This document shows positions 63,136 to 64,000 of a stretch of DNA of 64,000 nt, one piece after another. Within the stretch, counting starts at the first letter, position 1. The number at the start of each line of letters is the position of its first letter. Source of the DNA: an uncultured Acidobacteriaceae bacterium (GTDB lineage: Bacteria > Acidobacteriota > Terriglobia > Terriglobales > Acidobacteriaceae). The stretch covers positions 22,176 to 86,175 of the forward strand of contig CAWCRZ010000020.1 in the NCBI GenBank assembly GCA_963798005.1, written 5' to 3'. The notes below the pieces were generated by a model. The model did not search any database, was not told where the DNA came from, and saw only the letters and a list, made by a program, of their open reading frames with translations. The position numbers and the translations under genes were made by a program.

Positions 63136-63480
63136 ATGAGATGGATGTTACGGTCCAAGATCCACAAAGCGACCGTCACCGAAGCCGACCTTCGTTATGA
63201 AGGCAGTATCACCATCGACCGGGAGTTGATCGAGCGCGTTGGACTGCTACCTGGCGAGAAAGTGATGGTGGTGAGCAATACCTCCGGGGCGCGCCTGGAA
63301 ACCTACGTCATCGCCGGCGAGCCCGGCTCAGGCGTGATCTGCATCAACGGCGCGGCAGCCCACTTGATCAAGAAGGGCGAAGAGGTCATCATCATGGGCT
63401 TCGAGTTGACCGATTCTCCCATCCAGGCAACGGCAGTTCTGGTCGATGGCCAGAACAAGGTCTTGCGCAGCGCGCTATAG
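63136..63480 (+). CDS. panD: aspartate 1-decarboxylase proenzyme
   Basis: [46 protein letters not shown] contains the Gly-Ser self-cleavage site in the YEGS context. Confidence 0.92.
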   Translation: MRWMLRSKIHKATVTEADLRYEGSITIDRELIERVGLLPGEKVMVVSNTSGARLETYVIAGEPGSGVICINGAAAHLIKKGEEVIIMGFELTDSPIQATAVLVDGQNKVLRSAL

Positions 63481-63533
63481 CGGGCTCGCGATCATTCTCG
63501 CGCGCAGGTCCCTTGCGGCACTGGGATGCTTGA

Positions 63534-64000
63534 TTATTTTGTCCGCGCCTGCGAGGGATCGGCCGACGTCGCCGTGTCCACGTCAATGTGCAGACCTGAC
63601 GCTGGCGGAACGCCCGGCGGATAACAGTTGCCATCCGGCGCATACGTTTGACGGCACGCCGCCGTCATCTCCGGCCGCCGCGGCGACTGCGCAAACTGCC
63701 ACGCATCCGCAAACGTCACCCCGCTCTCCGATGGCTGGCGGTGGTTGCTTGGGGAAAACGCATCCCGGCGAAGGTCCGCACTGATCGTTGCTGACGAAGA
63801 AATGGATCTGGCGCCCTCCGGCGTGGTCCCGGATATCGTTTGCCGTCACCACCGACTCGGCGCCGGACTCACGAAACGGAATGCCCGAACAATAAACGCC
63901 AGCGCGATAACCACCCCGCACCACGCCATCAACCCAGGCATGGATATAGGCGCGCTGCTCCGGCAGCATTCGTCCGCCTTGCTCTTGATCGAGAAAGATG
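63534..64000 (-). CDS. DUF1906-like (glycoside-hydrolase-like) protein, partial, one frame break near 63720
   Basis: AYIHAWVDGVVRGGYRAGVYCSG...IHFFVSNDQCGPSPG (63583..63969 frame) continues as TFADAWQFAQSP...LHIDVDTATSADPSQ (63534..63719 frame). The N-terminus lies beyond the window end. Family assignment is from memory. Confidence 0.5.

Overview
GC-rich bacterial chromosomal segment. Gene content and repeat families (GloVer-repeat protein, small Cys-containing secreted paralogs, a GxxExxY cassette, CACAGAGGCACAGAG and GGCACGGCTGAAGCCGTGCC intergenic repeats) suggest Acidobacteriota; that is inference only. There are about 60 protein-coding genes on both strands, mostly housekeeping: TrmH-like (partial), rarA, alaS, rlpA, a ~1160-aa BNR/sortilin-like protein, rhomboid, truB, miaB, glutathione peroxidase, proS, pdxT-pdxS, uvrA with three translationally coupled envelope genes, ileS-lspA, an Slt-type lytic transglycosylase, an ECF sigma/anti-sigma pair, several secreted hydrolases, class I fumarase, aspA, fabH, rimO, yacG, pgpA, cinA, a CsgG-like lipoprotein and panD. 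By eye I found no rRNA, complete tRNA, CRISPR array, transposase or integrase. Second-look items: (1) Seven intergenic loci share one architecture: two oppositely oriented low-complexity arms that abut the flanking start/stop codons and enclose a 9-500 nt spacer. One of them carries a GxxExxY nuclease-like gene. (2) A bipartite REP-like hairpin element occurs in three copies with a compensatory stem change. (3) Four paralogous small secreted proteins lie in tandem, three of them frame-broken. (4) There are many reading-frame breaks, including in essential alaS, ileS and proS. They cluster at 5.9-10.2 kb and 55.9-61 kb while long genes elsewhere are intact; assembly error versus real decay cannot be decided from this window. 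(5) Some domain architectures are unusual: a DksA-type zinc finger fused to a PP2C phosphatase, TPR plus two retropepsin-like domains, and an amidohydrolase lacking its barrel. All starts are provisional, because the ORF track uses alternative start codons and extends to the most upstream one.
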